Source: a virus
Virus record (IMG/VR): IMGVR_UViG_3300034158_000010
Location: 21,303-85,302 of that record
DNA: 64,000 nucleotides
Direction: 5' to 3' (one strand)
Below are positions 8,208-18,520 of this stretch, in pieces (position 1 is the stretch's first letter; each line of letters begins with the position of its first letter). Below the pieces are notes generated by a model. It did not search any database. It worked only from the letters and a program-made list of their open reading frames with translations, and had not been told where the DNA came from. Both the position numbers and the translations under genes were made by a program.

Positions 8208-8738
8208 ATGTCTCACATGAAAGGCTGTGATGTTGTAGTGCTGGAAGATTCGGACAAGGTCGATACTAACCCGACCAACGCCGAGATCATTATCGACCAG
8301 GAGTCGATCAATCGTCGTGTCCCTGCGTGCTTTCAGGCTTTACTGTCTGAAGCCCACAAAGACGTGGTCGTTGAAGATATTGAAGATCGCCTGCGTTCGG
8401 GTAACTTCAATGCTGACCTCGATGGTGATACCCCACCACCGATGTTTGAATTCTTTGCTGGTCGTCTGGCTGCGCTGTTGGAAAAACGTCGCATCAAACT
8501 GTCCACTGAGAAAATGGTCTGGTTCACCCTGCGTACCGAACCTAATGGTGACGTATACCTCAACTGGCCAATCAGTGCATACATGCCTGTCAGCGCCGGT
8601 GGTATCTATCATGATCAGAAGGTACAACGTGCCTGCACTCGACTGAAAGGTCGTGCACATATCAAAGGTATCCGGGTCACTGGCTCCGTCAAACCATCGG
8701 CAATCCCGATGTACTTTGAATGGGTCGACACCGAATAA
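8208..8738 (+). CDS. Early hypothetical protein
   Basis: AAGGAG SD. Confidence 0.8.
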   Translation: MSHMKGCDVVVLEDSDKVDTNPTNAEIIIDQESINRRVPACFQALLSEAHKDVVVEDIEDRLRSGNFNADLDGDTPPPMFEFFAGRLAALLEKRRIKLSTEKMVWFTLRTEPNGDVYLNWPISAYMPVSAGGIYHDQKVQRACTRLKGRAHIKGIRVTGSVKPSAIPMYFEWVDTE

Positions 8739-8750
8739 CATTAGAACCGT

Positions 8751-8776
8751 TTTAAACGCTATATTACATTTGCGAA
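8751..8776 (+). promoter_or_regulatory. Early promoter
   Basis: tttaaacgcTATATTAC. Confidence 0.85.
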
Positions 8777-8788
8777 TAAACTAACTAG

Positions 8789-9145
8789 ATGGAGTTACAC
8801 CTCATGGAACACTGCGAAGTTAAAGACCAAATCCAAGTCGCTCTGCTGGCCGTTACCTCTGAACTGTTCGGACGGTTGTGGGTTGAGTTTGGCGACCATG
8901 GTATTCCATCGATGAACATCTGGGAAGAGTCGAAAGCGATCGAAGTACAGCATGAAGAAGGCGTGTACAACATCCACATCCGTGTGGGTGAAAGCCAGAT
9001 CGAAATGGTCTGGTCTGAAGAAATGAAATACGTCGCTGGTAAAGACGGTATTAAGTCTTATGACTTTGGTACCGCTACTCGTGACGAACTGTCCCAGGCC
9101 GGTAGTCTGGTAATGATGTACTTTGCTCAATGCATGTCTCTCTAA
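8789..9145 (+). CDS. Early hypothetical protein (start possibly 8804)
   Basis: Follows promoter; GGAG SD before second ATG. Confidence 0.75.
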   Translation: MELHLMEHCEVKDQIQVALLAVTSELFGRLWVEFGDHGIPSMNIWEESKAIEVQHEEGVYNIHIRVGESQIEMVWSEEMKYVAGKDGIKSYDFGTATRDELSQAGSLVMMYFAQCMSL

Positions 9146-9155
9146 GGAATCTGTA

Positions 9156-9665
9156 ATGTCTGATCTTACTCGCTTGTACGAAATCCAACACGACATCGGT
9201 GTCATCGTAAGCAATGGCATCAATGCTCACATGGGTACCGATAAAGAGCGTGAGTTCATGAACCTGTGCATGGACGCAGGTTTGGCTGTAGTTCGTAAAC
9301 TGCGCGATCTGGTTGATGTCGGTTTGACTTTCGATATCTGGAAGACCTACTACATCAACGAGTCCATCAATAACGAATTGATGGATCGCCTGGACAACGC
9401 CGACGGTGACCTGAAGAAACTGCACGCTGAAGTAGCTGCAATGGATTTGACCGAGTACTACGAGACTGACGTGGTTCCACACGCTACCCTCGAAGCACTG
9501 AACGCTCAGGTTGAACAACTGGTTGAGAATCATGCGATGCTGCGTGAGATCTGGGCCGAGGAAGATGAAGAAGGCGAACTGGTTGAAGTTCGTGATCCGA
9601 ATACACCTACCCTCGATCCAGAAATGCGTGTGCACTTCGATTCGACACTCGTCAAAAAAGATTGA
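9156..9665 (+). CDS. Acidic hypothetical protein
   Basis: AAGGA SD before ATG 9156. Confidence 0.8.
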   Translation: MSDLTRLYEIQHDIGVIVSNGINAHMGTDKEREFMNLCMDAGLAVVRKLRDLVDVGLTFDIWKTYYINESINNELMDRLDNADGDLKKLHAEVAAMDLTEYYETDVVPHATLEALNAQVEQLVENHAMLREIWAEEDEEGELVEVRDPNTPTLDPEMRVHFDSTLVKKD

Positions 9666-9730
9666 CCCGTAACATCAAACCCTTTACTATGGTTTCACCA
9701 AATCAAATAACCCCCTAGGAGTAATACCCC

Positions 9731-10159
9731 ATGTTCGATATCAAATTGTCCAACGTTGCTGGCTATGCTGAAATCCAACGTGCCGTCATCGCCAAGGCGT
9801 ATGACCAAGCACAGGTAGCAGCGATGAACCACGATCTGGTTTACATGGAGGCACTGCGTGCTGACACCGTAACTGGTCTGAACTTCACCATCGAGTGCAT
9901 CGAGAAGAAGTACGACTACTACACCTGGTTCGCTGGTAGCAACTACATCAGCCGTACCAGTAAAGTAGCTGCGCTGGATACCAGCGGCGAGTTGCTCGCT
10001 ATCTTCAATCGCATGGAAAGCCTGGACGCTCACGCTTACTACGAAGCTGACGTTCTGCCGATCATGTCCACACCGATCAGCATCCTGCTGCAAGGTCGTG
10101 CCGAGATCCTGGAAGTACTGGATCAAGCGATCGAGGAAATGCGCAAGCTGCGTAAGTAA
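9731..10159 (+). CDS. Hypothetical protein
   Basis: AGGAG SD, ends at terminator. Confidence 0.8.
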   Translation: MFDIKLSNVAGYAEIQRAVIAKAYDQAQVAAMNHDLVYMEALRADTVTGLNFTIECIEKKYDYYTWFAGSNYISRTSKVAALDTSGELLAIFNRMESLDAHAYYEADVLPIMSTPISILLQGRAEILEVLDQAIEEMRKLRK

Positions 10160-10167
10160 CGGCATAA

Positions 10168-10192
10168 AGCCCCTACCATTACGGTAGGGGCT
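10168..10192. terminator. Bidirectional terminator
   Basis: agcccctacc-attac-ggtaggggct between convergent genes. Confidence 0.85.
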
Positions 10193-10215
10193 CTAAGCTT
10201 TTCTTTTTTGTTACT

Positions 10216-12507
10216 TTACATCTTGCATGCGCCGCTAGCGCAATCGGTATCCTCGGTTACGTTACCTTGTGCAGACTCCATAGCTTCCAACGAGAGGTTA
10301 GCTGTGGTTTCGGTATTGAAGTAGTAACGTGTCTTCATACCCATCTGAACTTGATAGAAGTAGTTCTTCAACAGTTCGTTAGAATCGATCTGTTCTTTAC
10401 CGATGATTCGGCGCCACAGGTCAGCACTGATAGACTGGTCACAGAACTTCTGGATGATAGCGTAGCAATCAATCATGTCCTTAGTAGGGATATCCCATGC
10501 CAATTCGTATTTGTAGGCTGGATCATCCCCGTATGGAGCTGCCCAGTACAGCAAGTTGTTCTGATCGTTCTTAGACAGAGTCAGGCGACGTACAGGATAC
10601 ACGCCATTAGCTCCCCCAAGCGCTTTAGAGCTACTTTCACCCGGCATGTAAGCACAGAGTACGCTGTGACCAATACCACCGTTAGCGATGATCTTAGCGC
10701 GTAGTTCTTCCCACTTGTAGTAGGAGTCGAATGGAGTACCATCTTTCTTGATCTTGTCTACCGAACGCTTGTAGGTATCGATAGGCAACCAACCCGAAGG
10801 CCAGAGAGTCTTGTGCATCCAAGGTGCCAGACCACGTTCCTGAGAGATCTTCAAGGAAGCTTCAATCAGATAGAACATGTGACGTTCAGCGATGAAGTGA
10901 ATCTCTTGTTTACCAGCATCACTGGAATACTTGAGACCTTCACGAGCCATGTGTGTAGCCAGGCCCATGATACCAACACCAGCAGACATCCGAGACTTAG
11001 CAGTCAGCTCCAAGTGTGGGAACACGTAGCTGGAGTTCAGGATGCAGTAGTCAATCATCTTCAGAGCATAGTAGCAAACCTTCTGGTAAGTTTCTTTGTC
11101 CGGGATGTTCTCAATCGACACAGCGGCCAGAGAACAAGTAGCGATCTCGCCACGACCATGGTCTTCTGTAGAGTACAGATCCATCATGTCGTAGTAAGGG
11201 GCGGTTGGTTCAGCGATCTCCATGCACAGGTTCGAGGAACGAATAGGTTCTTTGAATGGAGTGTGACGGTTCATCTCATCGATCTGACCAACGTAGGCTA
11301 CGCCGGTTTCTTGAGCTTCTACCAGAGACGTCCGCAGTACGTCACGAGCAGATGCCCAGTGCTTCACGAACGTTTCATCAGCTTCATACTTAGCGTACAG
11401 AGTCTTGAACAGTTCGATGTCTTTACCGTAGAACGCTTCGTGCAGATCAGGAGCGGTGTATGGGTTGAAAGCGAAGATAGGTTCTTTCTTCATTGCCTTC
11501 TGTGCAAAGTGAGCGTTAGCCAACATTGCGAAGTGCATGTCACGGTTACGACGGTCCTCAGTCGAACGTGGGTTACGCAGGGCTTGGATCATGTCTGCTT
11601 CTTGGTCGAAAGCTTCGAAGAAACAGGTTACAGCACCACCGCGACCAGCTTGGGTGTTAGCTACGATGGACTTACCCATCGAGTCGTAGTACTTCTTCTT
11701 ACCATGGTGCAAGAACAAGCCATTGCGTACAGCATCGCCAACAGAACGAGTCATGATGTTAACACCAATGCCCGCAGACATCTGTGTCATTTTGTCGCCG
11801 ATGTAGTTCCCGATAGCGAGCGAAGTGCCATTATCACCAGAAGCAAAAAGGCAGCAGCTAGCGAAGCCCCGGTGAACAGTACCAAGGTTAATGTAATTAG
11901 GAGTAGGTGCCGACAACTGCTTACGAGCAAAGAGTTCGTAATAATCGCGTACCACTTGGAGACGAGTTGCTTTAGGCTCATTCTCAGCAAGGGCCATGGC
12001 CATGCGCATATAAGTAAATTGAGGTGACTCATATTCAGCTCCGGTTACTCGATTACCCAGAGCGTACTTCTTACGGATCTGGTGCAGGGCGAAGTGTGGT
12101 TGTTCGAAGTCGATCTCATGGTTAATGAACTTCTCGATCTTCAGGTAGTCTTGAGTGGTATACTTGAGTTTGACCATCAGACCATCTTGTTGCATGCGAG
12201 TGTGCAGTGCTTTAACAGTCGGGATACCATTGGTGCCGTAAAGGTTCTTGTGAATCCACACGGCGTACAGGCGACCGGCCAACAAGTAGTGAGACCAAGT
12301 ACGGTATGCCAGAATGGTTTCGATCAGGTGCATCTGGAAATCTTGCGATGACACTACCTCAGGCATAGTAGCGGTAGCTTCCATTACGATAGAAGTCCAA
12401 TCTACTTTATCCTTAAGGTGCTCGGTACCCCACTCCATCCAGCGGTTAGGCTTTGCCGGATTAAAGGCTTCGTGGGTTAGGTCGAGTTTGATGATGGTCT
12501 TGATCAT
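10216..12507 (-). CDS. nrdA: Class I ribonucleotide reductase alpha subunit
   Basis: APTP, ASCC, SNLCME, TCSLA, MPGESSS, KTRYY, C-terminal CASGAC. Confidence 0.97.
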   Translation of the reverse strand: MIKTIIKLDLTHEAFNPAKPNRWMEWGTEHLKDKVDWTSIVMEATATMPEVVSSQDFQMHLIETILAYRTWSHYLLAGRLYAVWIHKNLYGTNGIPTVKALHTRMQQDGLMVKLKYTTQDYLKIEKFINHEIDFEQPHFALHQIRKKYALGNRVTGAEYESPQFTYMRMAMALAENEPKATRLQVVRDYYELFARKQLSAPTPNYINLGTVHRGFASCCLFASGDNGTSLAIGNYIGDKMTQMSAGIGVNIMTRSVGDAVRNGLFLHHGKKKYYDSMGKSIVANTQAGRGGAVTCFFEAFDQEADMIQALRNPRSTEDRRNRDMHFAMLANAHFAQKAMKKEPIFAFNPYTAPDLHEAFYGKDIELFKTLYAKYEADETFVKHWASARDVLRTSLVEAQETGVAYVGQIDEMNRHTPFKEPIRSSNLCMEIAEPTAPYYDMMDLYSTEDHGRGEIATCSLAAVSIENIPDKETYQKVCYYALKMIDYCILNSSYVFPHLELTAKSRMSAGVGIMGLATHMAREGLKYSSDAGKQEIHFIAERHMFYLIEASLKISQERGLAPWMHKTLWPSGWLPIDTYKRSVDKIKKDGTPFDSYYKWEELRAKIIANGGIGHSVLCAYMPGESSSKALGGANGVYPVRRLTLSKNDQNNLLYWAAPYGDDPAYKYELAWDIPTKDMIDCYAIIQKFCDQSISADLWRRIIGKEQIDSNELLKNYFYQVQMGMKTRYYFNTETTANLSLEAMESAQGNVTEDTDCASGACKM

Positions 12508-12619
12508 TGGGTTATTTCCAGTTCGGTGTATTGGTGTGTGATTTGGTAACTAAACATACTCTTTACCTGTCAAGTAAATTTAAACATCCTCTGGTCTTGC
12601 ATAAGGTTGACAGAATTTA

Positions 12620-12645
12620 TTACAAGTTTATATTACTCCTATGAG
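12620..12645 (+). promoter_or_regulatory. Early promoter
   Basis: ttacaagttTATATTAC. Confidence 0.7.
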
Positions 12646-12674
12646 AATACCTAACTATGTTAAAAGAGGTGATT

Positions 12675-13205
12675 ATGGACATTAAGAAACTGGTACCCCA
12701 ATTCGATCGTAACGATGTAAACATGGGCACTTTGTTTGATATTCCAACGGGTAAGTTAACGGTGCCTGCGGCTCTGACTGAAGACGACATGCTGAATGGT
12801 TCAGGTAAAATCATCGGTGCATTGGCTGCGCATCAAGCGTACCATCCACAATCCAATAGCAAGAATATGTATCTGCTCCACCTGCTGGAGAAAGGTATCG
12901 AAGAGACTAAGGGTGGCACCGTAGAGCGCTTCAGGTACGCGTGTAACCTGTTTACTCTGATGGGCTTCATCGTTAAGTGGGACGGTACTACAAACGCCCC
13001 ACAGGTCACGTGGTACGATACTGAAGGTTTCTCAGTAGACTGGGATATTAATGGGTACATCAAGTCTAAGCTGTATGACGACTTCACTCCACCAGCCGAT
13101 GACGTTAAGTTGGGTGAACACTTCCATGCGCAAGTAGCTAACCTGAAAGCTAACCAGAAGAACGTCGTAGATATCACCATCGACTCTTACTCAGATCTAA
13201 CGTAA
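12675..13205 (+). CDS. Short protein resembling a degenerate RecA/UvsX N-terminal half
   Basis: NMGTLFDIPTG, WYDTEG, ITIDSYS motifs; no intact Walker A. Confidence 0.45.
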   Translation: MDIKKLVPQFDRNDVNMGTLFDIPTGKLTVPAALTEDDMLNGSGKIIGALAAHQAYHPQSNSKNMYLLHLLEKGIEETKGGTVERFRYACNLFTLMGFIVKWDGTTNAPQVTWYDTEGFSVDWDINGYIKSKLYDDFTPPADDVKLGEHFHAQVANLKANQKNVVDITIDSYSDLT

Positions 13206-13208
13206 ACG

Positions 13209-13232
13209 AATCCCTACCTTCGGGTAGGGGTT
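13209..13232 (+). terminator. Terminator
   Basis: ccctacc-ttcg-ggtaggg plus displaced T-tract. Confidence 0.85.
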
Positions 13233-13294
13233 ACTCGTTTCTTTTTACTGGGTAGCACCTAGTCTATGTAATGGTATTTTCGGAGTATCCTCTA

Positions 13295-13660
13295 ATGGCT
13301 CTTTATTCTGCTTTAACCCCAGTGCTAGAAGCACACCAGTGGCATCGTAATGGTGACCACCCAGAAGACCGTACAATCAACCGTATCAACACAGGTCGAG
13401 TAATCCAAAGACATCCAACATATCGACGCGGTGCAGATCACCGTGTACCTTGTTACCTATGTGGTAAACCAATGGGGTTACATGGTATCATCAATCCCAT
13501 TGTTTATATCCCCGAAGAAGATACCACTAACTCTGTATGTCCAGGTGATTACATCATCACTCATCGGTCTGAGAAAAATGGACTGACCAGAGGATATACT
13601 GTGTACAAGCAACAACTCTTCGACTTTTTCTATGGTCCATACAAGGAACCAACCGAATGA
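13295..13660 (+). CDS. Hypothetical protein with CxxC...H...C putative zinc site
   Basis: CYLCGKPMGLHG...VCPGDYII; GGAG SD. Confidence 0.7.
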   Translation: MALYSALTPVLEAHQWHRNGDHPEDRTINRINTGRVIQRHPTYRRGADHRVPCYLCGKPMGLHGIINPIVYIPEEDTTNSVCPGDYIITHRSEKNGLTRGYTVYKQQLFDFFYGPYKEPTE

Positions 13661-14211
13661 CTCTGATTGCCAAACCCGCTATCGACGATAACAACGTCCT
13701 CAATGAGATCGCTCGTGACTGCTTGGTCACCACTGATGATCCTAACACCACCATGCTGCGCCGTGGTTTCAAACTGCTCACCGAAGACGGGGTTGTACAT
13801 GAACTGTCCTTTGCACAACTGGACGGTTTGATTAACATTCTGGATCTGTCTCGTGACGTAGCGGGTATTACCCCACTCCAGTATGTGATCACCACCTACG
13901 ACATCAAAGACCTGTTGGATATGGGCACAGCTGGTTGGCTCGTACCTGAGTACTCGATCACGGTTATGCACAACATCAAGACCGTTCGATTCGAAGGCCG
14001 TCTGACTCAAGTAGGTCACGCTGATAAAGAGTTCAGCTTTGCATTGGGCGACTTTGACTTCATTCAACAGTTTAGCCTGAGCCGTGTGATTTCTACACAA
14101 GCTGAACAACTGAAGGTAGCTGCTGGTACCTTCGACATGTCCTACGTTTATACGTTCGGTCCAGAAGGCATCACCCTGAAGACACTGGAGCTAACTCACA
14201 ATGAAGCTTAG
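13657..14211 (+). CDS. Hypothetical protein
   Basis: ATGA overlap, coupled to DHFR. Confidence 0.8.
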   Translation: MTLIAKPAIDDNNVLNEIARDCLVTTDDPNTTMLRRGFKLLTEDGVVHELSFAQLDGLINILDLSRDVAGITPLQYVITTYDIKDLLDMGTAGWLVPEYSITVMHNIKTVRFEGRLTQVGHADKEFSFALGDFDFIQQFSLSRVISTQAEQLKVAAGTFDMSYVYTFGPEGITLKTLELTHNEA

Positions 14212-14749
14212 TATGATCGTAGCACGCTCTCTGGATGATGTGATTGGTCAAGGTAATGGTATCCCTTGGGACTGTCCACCCGATATGATGAACTTCAAAG
14301 CCATTACGTCTGGTCCGGGTAAGGCTATCGCGATGGGTCGTAAGACTTGGGATTCCCTCCCTAAGAAGCCTTTGCCTAACCGCTTGAACATCGTTATTAC
14401 CAGTAACCCTGAGAACGTTACCGATGCCAATGAAGACGTCATCATCGTAGGTAGTATTGATGAGGCTATTAAGGTTGCAGGTAACTTGGATGTAGCTGAA
14501 CTTATCTTTATCGGTGGAGCTACTATCTACAATGAAGTAGTGCATCTGGTCGATGAGGTTCACCTGACTGAGATGAACTTGATGTTGGCTGAGTTGGTAG
14601 AGAACCCAACTAACGTTTTGTTTGAATACACCTTTCCTTGGTCACAGCATAACCCAGACCAGGATTGGGTTATCGTAGATCGCCACACGTGCTATGACGA
14701 CGACCAGAACGAGTTGTACGAATACTTCCACCTGCGCCGTAAGCGCTAG
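14201..14749 (+). CDS. folA: Dihydrofolate reductase
   Basis: VIGQGNGIPW, MGRKTWDSLP..PLPNRLNIVIT, IFIGGATIY. Confidence 0.97.
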   Translation: MKLSMIVARSLDDVIGQGNGIPWDCPPDMMNFKAITSGPGKAIAMGRKTWDSLPKKPLPNRLNIVITSNPENVTDANEDVIIVGSIDEAIKVAGNLDVAELIFIGGATIYNEVVHLVDEVHLTEMNLMLAELVENPTNVLFEYTFPWSQHNPDQDWVIVDRHTCYDDDQNELYEYFHLRRKR

Positions 14750-14759
14750 ACGACATATT

Positions 14760-14781
14760 GCCCCTACCAATCGGTAGGGGC
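14760..14781. terminator. Bidirectional terminator
   Basis: gcccctacc-aatc-ggtaggggc between convergent genes. Confidence 0.85.
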
Positions 14782-14798
14782 TTTATGCTGTTTCTTTT

Positions 14799-16994
14799 TT
14801 AGAAGTTAGCGTGAGTACCACGGAAGCGTTCACGTTGTGCGCGTTCTACTTCACCATAACGGTTAGTACGCATTCTACGAACACGATCATCATGTACTTG
14901 TTTAATCATGGCGTCAATACCCACACCGCCAGATTCGCCGACATCAATCCAACGAGAAATAGCGCGTAGACGCATTTCCAGTTTAGCGACCAACATTTTG
15001 TTAGACTCGCCTTTAAGCTGTTCCAGAAGTTTATCAAACTCATCTTTATACTTCTTAGACTGTGCGTCACGGTACAGTTCAACACTGGTTTGTTCAACAT
15101 CACGAGTAGTAGCACGAGAGAAAATGGTCTTAGGATTAATACCGTAGTATTCCAAGTTCTCACCACGGATACACATCCAGTGGCCAAGCAGCATCGATAC
15201 ACACATGTCATCGTGTGCGTCGTTGTTGTGGTCAATACGACCGTTCTTGATGGTCAGTGCCAGCATCTCTGTAATCAGCTGCTTATCGTTCATCGTACGG
15301 CCACCCAGATCAACCGAGGAACCCAGCGAGTCTTTATACAGGGCATTACGTGAGTAACGACCAGAACCAGCTGTGTTGAAGCCGAAGTGACGTTTAAAGC
15401 GATCGTAGAACTGAGGTGTACGTTGAGTAACCGGAGTCGTCCGAATGCACTCGTACTCCGATTCCATCAATTGCGCTTCGTCAACCACACGGTTAAAGAT
15501 ACGCTTGAATGGATCGATCCCCTTAGAGTGCAGGATCAGGATTACGATGTCAATCAAACTGATACCCGTAGACTTACGTTCTGGAATCCAAGTGATACCT
15601 GGATAACGGATCAACAGCTCAGCAATGTACGTGGCCAACATACTAACGTTAGTTTCATTGTAACGACCAGCAAACAAGATCTCGTGAGTTTCAGTATCGA
15701 AACCTACCAGACCGGTGGCATCGTTATCTTCACCGAGGAGTTCACTAGGGTCACAACCCATCACTACCTTACAGTTGGCCATACGCGACTCAATCTGTTC
15801 TTTAGGGATGTACCAACGCAACATGTAGCCGTCATCGTTTTGTTCGTAGTGCAACGGTTCACGCATTGCTTCTTTAAGAATCTTCTTGTGTTCCTGAGTC
15901 AGAGGAGAACCCTCACCACCCACGGTCCAGATGTTAAAGAAGTCACGGTCAGCAATCTCACCAAAGGAACTAGATTCCCGAAGTGTGCGATACAGCCATA
16001 GATCGTCACGACCTAGTTGACGGTGGTTAAACGCGCCGTAGATCAATGGCGTCTTACCGGTTGTTCCTTTCTCCACCATCAGCTCTACAGCAGCTTGTGT
16101 TGGAAGGTCAAAGTAAGTCTCACTCCAGATAGCACCACCGGTCATGAACCCGTGTGCAAACTTACCATCTCGTGTGGTTACGTTACCAGCCGTCGTAGTG
16201 AAGATGTTACCGAAGAACTGTTTCTCACGACGGGCGTTATCACGTGCAGCAGATCCCGCAGCTAGTGCTACTGGCAGGGAGATCTCGATCAAGCTAATGT
16301 ATGCAAATTCGTCGAACTGCATGATAGGTACAGTCAGACCACGACCGAGTTTATCCGCAGCGATCTTATCGTTACGGGCTACAGCTGTTTTGTAACGGTT
16401 CTTCAAACGTACGCAGGTCAGGAGTTCAGAGTTGTCAGCATCATTACGATCAACCATGTCGATGTAATCAGGTAACAGTTCTCGCATCTCTTTAAGACGT
16501 TCGATGTTCGAGTCGCGGAGCTTAGCATCTTTCGTGATGAGGTTGATGGTAGTCTTGTAACCCCAGATAAACATCAGGCCAACCATCAGTACGTCCGTTG
16601 ATACAGACTTACCCGTTTGACGAGGTTGGAGCAATCCAAAGTTGATGTGGTTAAAGAAACTCCAGTACAACGCGATGTTACCACGGTTAGCCAGGAACTT
16701 TGAAGGTACAGCACCCACTTGCGGAATACGAGCGACTTCCCTAAAGTAGTACCACGGGTTAAACTTACATTCAAAGGCGATCTTGGCTTTTGTCGTAATA
16801 TCGAGACCCTCATCATAAGGATCTACACCCGATAGCTCTGGTTGCATCAGTGCGAGGGGAAACTTCCAGTTCTTAACTTTCAGTTCATCGCGATACAAGT
16901 GAGCCAACTTAAGGAAGGTCGTATTAGTGGTATTAAGGTCAGCGCGAGCGGTATGGAAGCGATCCCAATCCGAAGCGAATAACAGCATATCCAT
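14799..16994 (-). CDS. terL: Terminase large subunit (phiKZ gp25-like)
   Basis: PRQTGKS Walker A, FDEFA Walker B, TTTAG, GCDPS and HDD nuclease motifs. Confidence 0.9.
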   Translation of the reverse strand: MDMLLFASDWDRFHTARADLNTTNTTFLKLAHLYRDELKVKNWKFPLALMQPELSGVDPYDEGLDITTKAKIAFECKFNPWYYFREVARIPQVGAVPSKFLANRGNIALYWSFFNHINFGLLQPRQTGKSVSTDVLMVGLMFIWGYKTTINLITKDAKLRDSNIERLKEMRELLPDYIDMVDRNDADNSELLTCVRLKNRYKTAVARNDKIAADKLGRGLTVPIMQFDEFAYISLIEISLPVALAAGSAARDNARREKQFFGNIFTTTAGNVTTRDGKFAHGFMTGGAIWSETYFDLPTQAAVELMVEKGTTGKTPLIYGAFNHRQLGRDDLWLYRTLRESSSFGEIADRDFFNIWTVGGEGSPLTQEHKKILKEAMREPLHYEQNDDGYMLRWYIPKEQIESRMANCKVVMGCDPSELLGEDNDATGLVGFDTETHEILFAGRYNETNVSMLATYIAELLIRYPGITWIPERKSTGISLIDIVILILHSKGIDPFKRIFNRVVDEAQLMESEYECIRTTPVTQRTPQFYDRFKRHFGFNTAGSGRYSRNALYKDSLGSSVDLGGRTMNDKQLITEMLALTIKNGRIDHNNDAHDDMCVSMLLGHWMCIRGENLEYYGINPKTIFSRATTRDVEQTSVELYRDAQSKKYKDEFDKLLEQLKGESNKMLVAKLEMRLRAISRWIDVGESGGVGIDAMIKQVHDDRVRRMRTNRYGEVERAQRERFRGTHANF

Positions 16995-17049
16995 AATGAC
17001 GAGCCTCTAATAAAAGGTAATGTGTTCATAGGGTTGGTAATAGAAGCCC

Positions 17050-17075
17050 TTTAAAGCCTATATTACTTTAGTGAA
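17050..17075 (+). promoter_or_regulatory. Early promoter
   Basis: tttaaagccTATATTACtttagtgaa, identical to 33708-33733. Confidence 0.9.
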
Positions 17076-17242
17076 TCTTACATTAAATAACTGATAGGAA
17101 ATCGGAAATGTATATCGAAGAACTTGAACGTGATGCCACCCCAGAAGAAATTGTTCTGGGTTTAGTATTCGCCGTAGTAGCGGTCACCGTGGTCTATAAT
17201 TTCCTGACCTGGGCTACTGAGTAACCTAACGGAGTTTTGTAA

Positions 17243-17848
17243 ATGCGCAATTCGAACAACTTACCGGAATTGAAATCTAAAGCTGAATGGGCAATTTTAA
17301 CGAACGAATGGAAGAACGATTGGTGGTATGATCGTCGGGAGAACGTTAAGCGAATGGCCTGGTGTATCTTGACCGAAGAAGTTGCTACTCGTTTGGGTAA
17401 GTGGCTGAGTAACTTCGAGTTGATCATCGAGCCCTTCGCCGGTACTGGCTACATCGCTGAACATCTGCGTCGTGCTGGTGGATTGACCCGTAAGCAATAT
17501 CGTGCTTATGATGGTTGCCGGTCTCACTGGAAAGAATCCGACCGTCCGAACTACGGCTTTACTAAGTCGGGTTGCTTCAACCTCAATTACAAGACTGCCG
17601 ATGTGGTAGTCATGACCTGGCCGAACTATAATGAGAACCTTGCGTATCGGGTTGTTCGTAAAATGGTTCCCGGTCAGTACCTCGTCTATAATGGTGAGGG
17701 TAATTACGGTTGCACGGGAGATGACAAGTATCATGAATATCTCGAAACGCACTTCGAGAAGTTCGAAGCATTTTGTGACGAGCTTAATGAACACCACATT
17801 AAGTACCTGTCCATCCATGATCGTTGGTACGTCTATCGTAAAAAATAA
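17243..17848 (+). CDS. Putative class I SAM-dependent methyltransferase
   Basis: IIEPFAGTGY motif I, VVVMTWP, YNGEG..GCTGD. Confidence 0.65.
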   Translation: MRNSNNLPELKSKAEWAILTNEWKNDWWYDRRENVKRMAWCILTEEVATRLGKWLSNFELIIEPFAGTGYIAEHLRRAGGLTRKQYRAYDGCRSHWKESDRPNYGFTKSGCFNLNYKTADVVVMTWPNYNENLAYRVVRKMVPGQYLVYNGEGNYGCTGDDKYHEYLETHFEKFEAFCDELNEHHIKYLSIHDRWYVYRKK

Positions 17849-17977
17849 GGATTGATTCATGCGTCGTAAAACTAGAGTAAATCCCACCGACCGCAAGTGG
17901 GTAGCTGTAATTGCAGTGGTTGATTTGGTCATGGCATTAGCTTGCCTTGGTTTCACTTTCCTTTAAAGGACTTATCC

Positions 17978-18472
17978 ATGTTGATCCGTTACAATACACC
18001 ACTCTATCGTAAGCTGTACAAGTCGTACGTTGAGCGTTACGATAACTGTGACAAGGTTGAGAACATCGAAGATCGTGTCCGTGGTATCTGCGCTCACATT
18101 CGTAATGCAGATCTAGGCGTATCCGTCTGGAGCTGTGAAGGGCATGACGAACCGTTTAACGCCTACACCGGCTACATCATGTTTGCCCCACGTAACCGGG
18201 AAGCAGCTTCCATCATGATGGATATCTTCCAACAGGTCAGTGCCAAGCTTATCCAGCTTTATGGTTGGGACTCCGGTATTGAGATCGAACACGACCTCGT
18301 ATGTACCACCGATACCGAAGGTCGTGAACATCAGTACCCGTGTGTAACCATCCGTAACACCAGCATGACCGAGCATCATGCTAACGTCTGGTGGAAGGCG
18401 GTTGACACTGTAACAAAAGCTCTACTCAAGTCTCGCATTGAATTGCAGGCATTCCTCAAGACCAAGAAGTAA
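17978..18472 (+). CDS. Hypothetical protein with SCEGH motif
   Basis: AAGGA SD; SVWSCEGH...GYIMF. Confidence 0.7.
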   Translation: MLIRYNTPLYRKLYKSYVERYDNCDKVENIEDRVRGICAHIRNADLGVSVWSCEGHDEPFNAYTGYIMFAPRNREAASIMMDIFQQVSAKLIQLYGWDSGIEIEHDLVCTTDTEGREHQYPCVTIRNTSMTEHHANVWWKAVDTVTKALLKSRIELQAFLKTKK

Positions 18473-18520
18473 TCCCCAAACGATCGCAGCGTTAACTGCA
18501 TATTTAAACCGAGGTTAAAG

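Noticed and set aside
10813-12027. 404-aa ORF antisense to nrdA (likewise 25123-26217, 54742-55812, 35834-36760)
   Set aside because: Same shadow-frame effect over clearly identified genes
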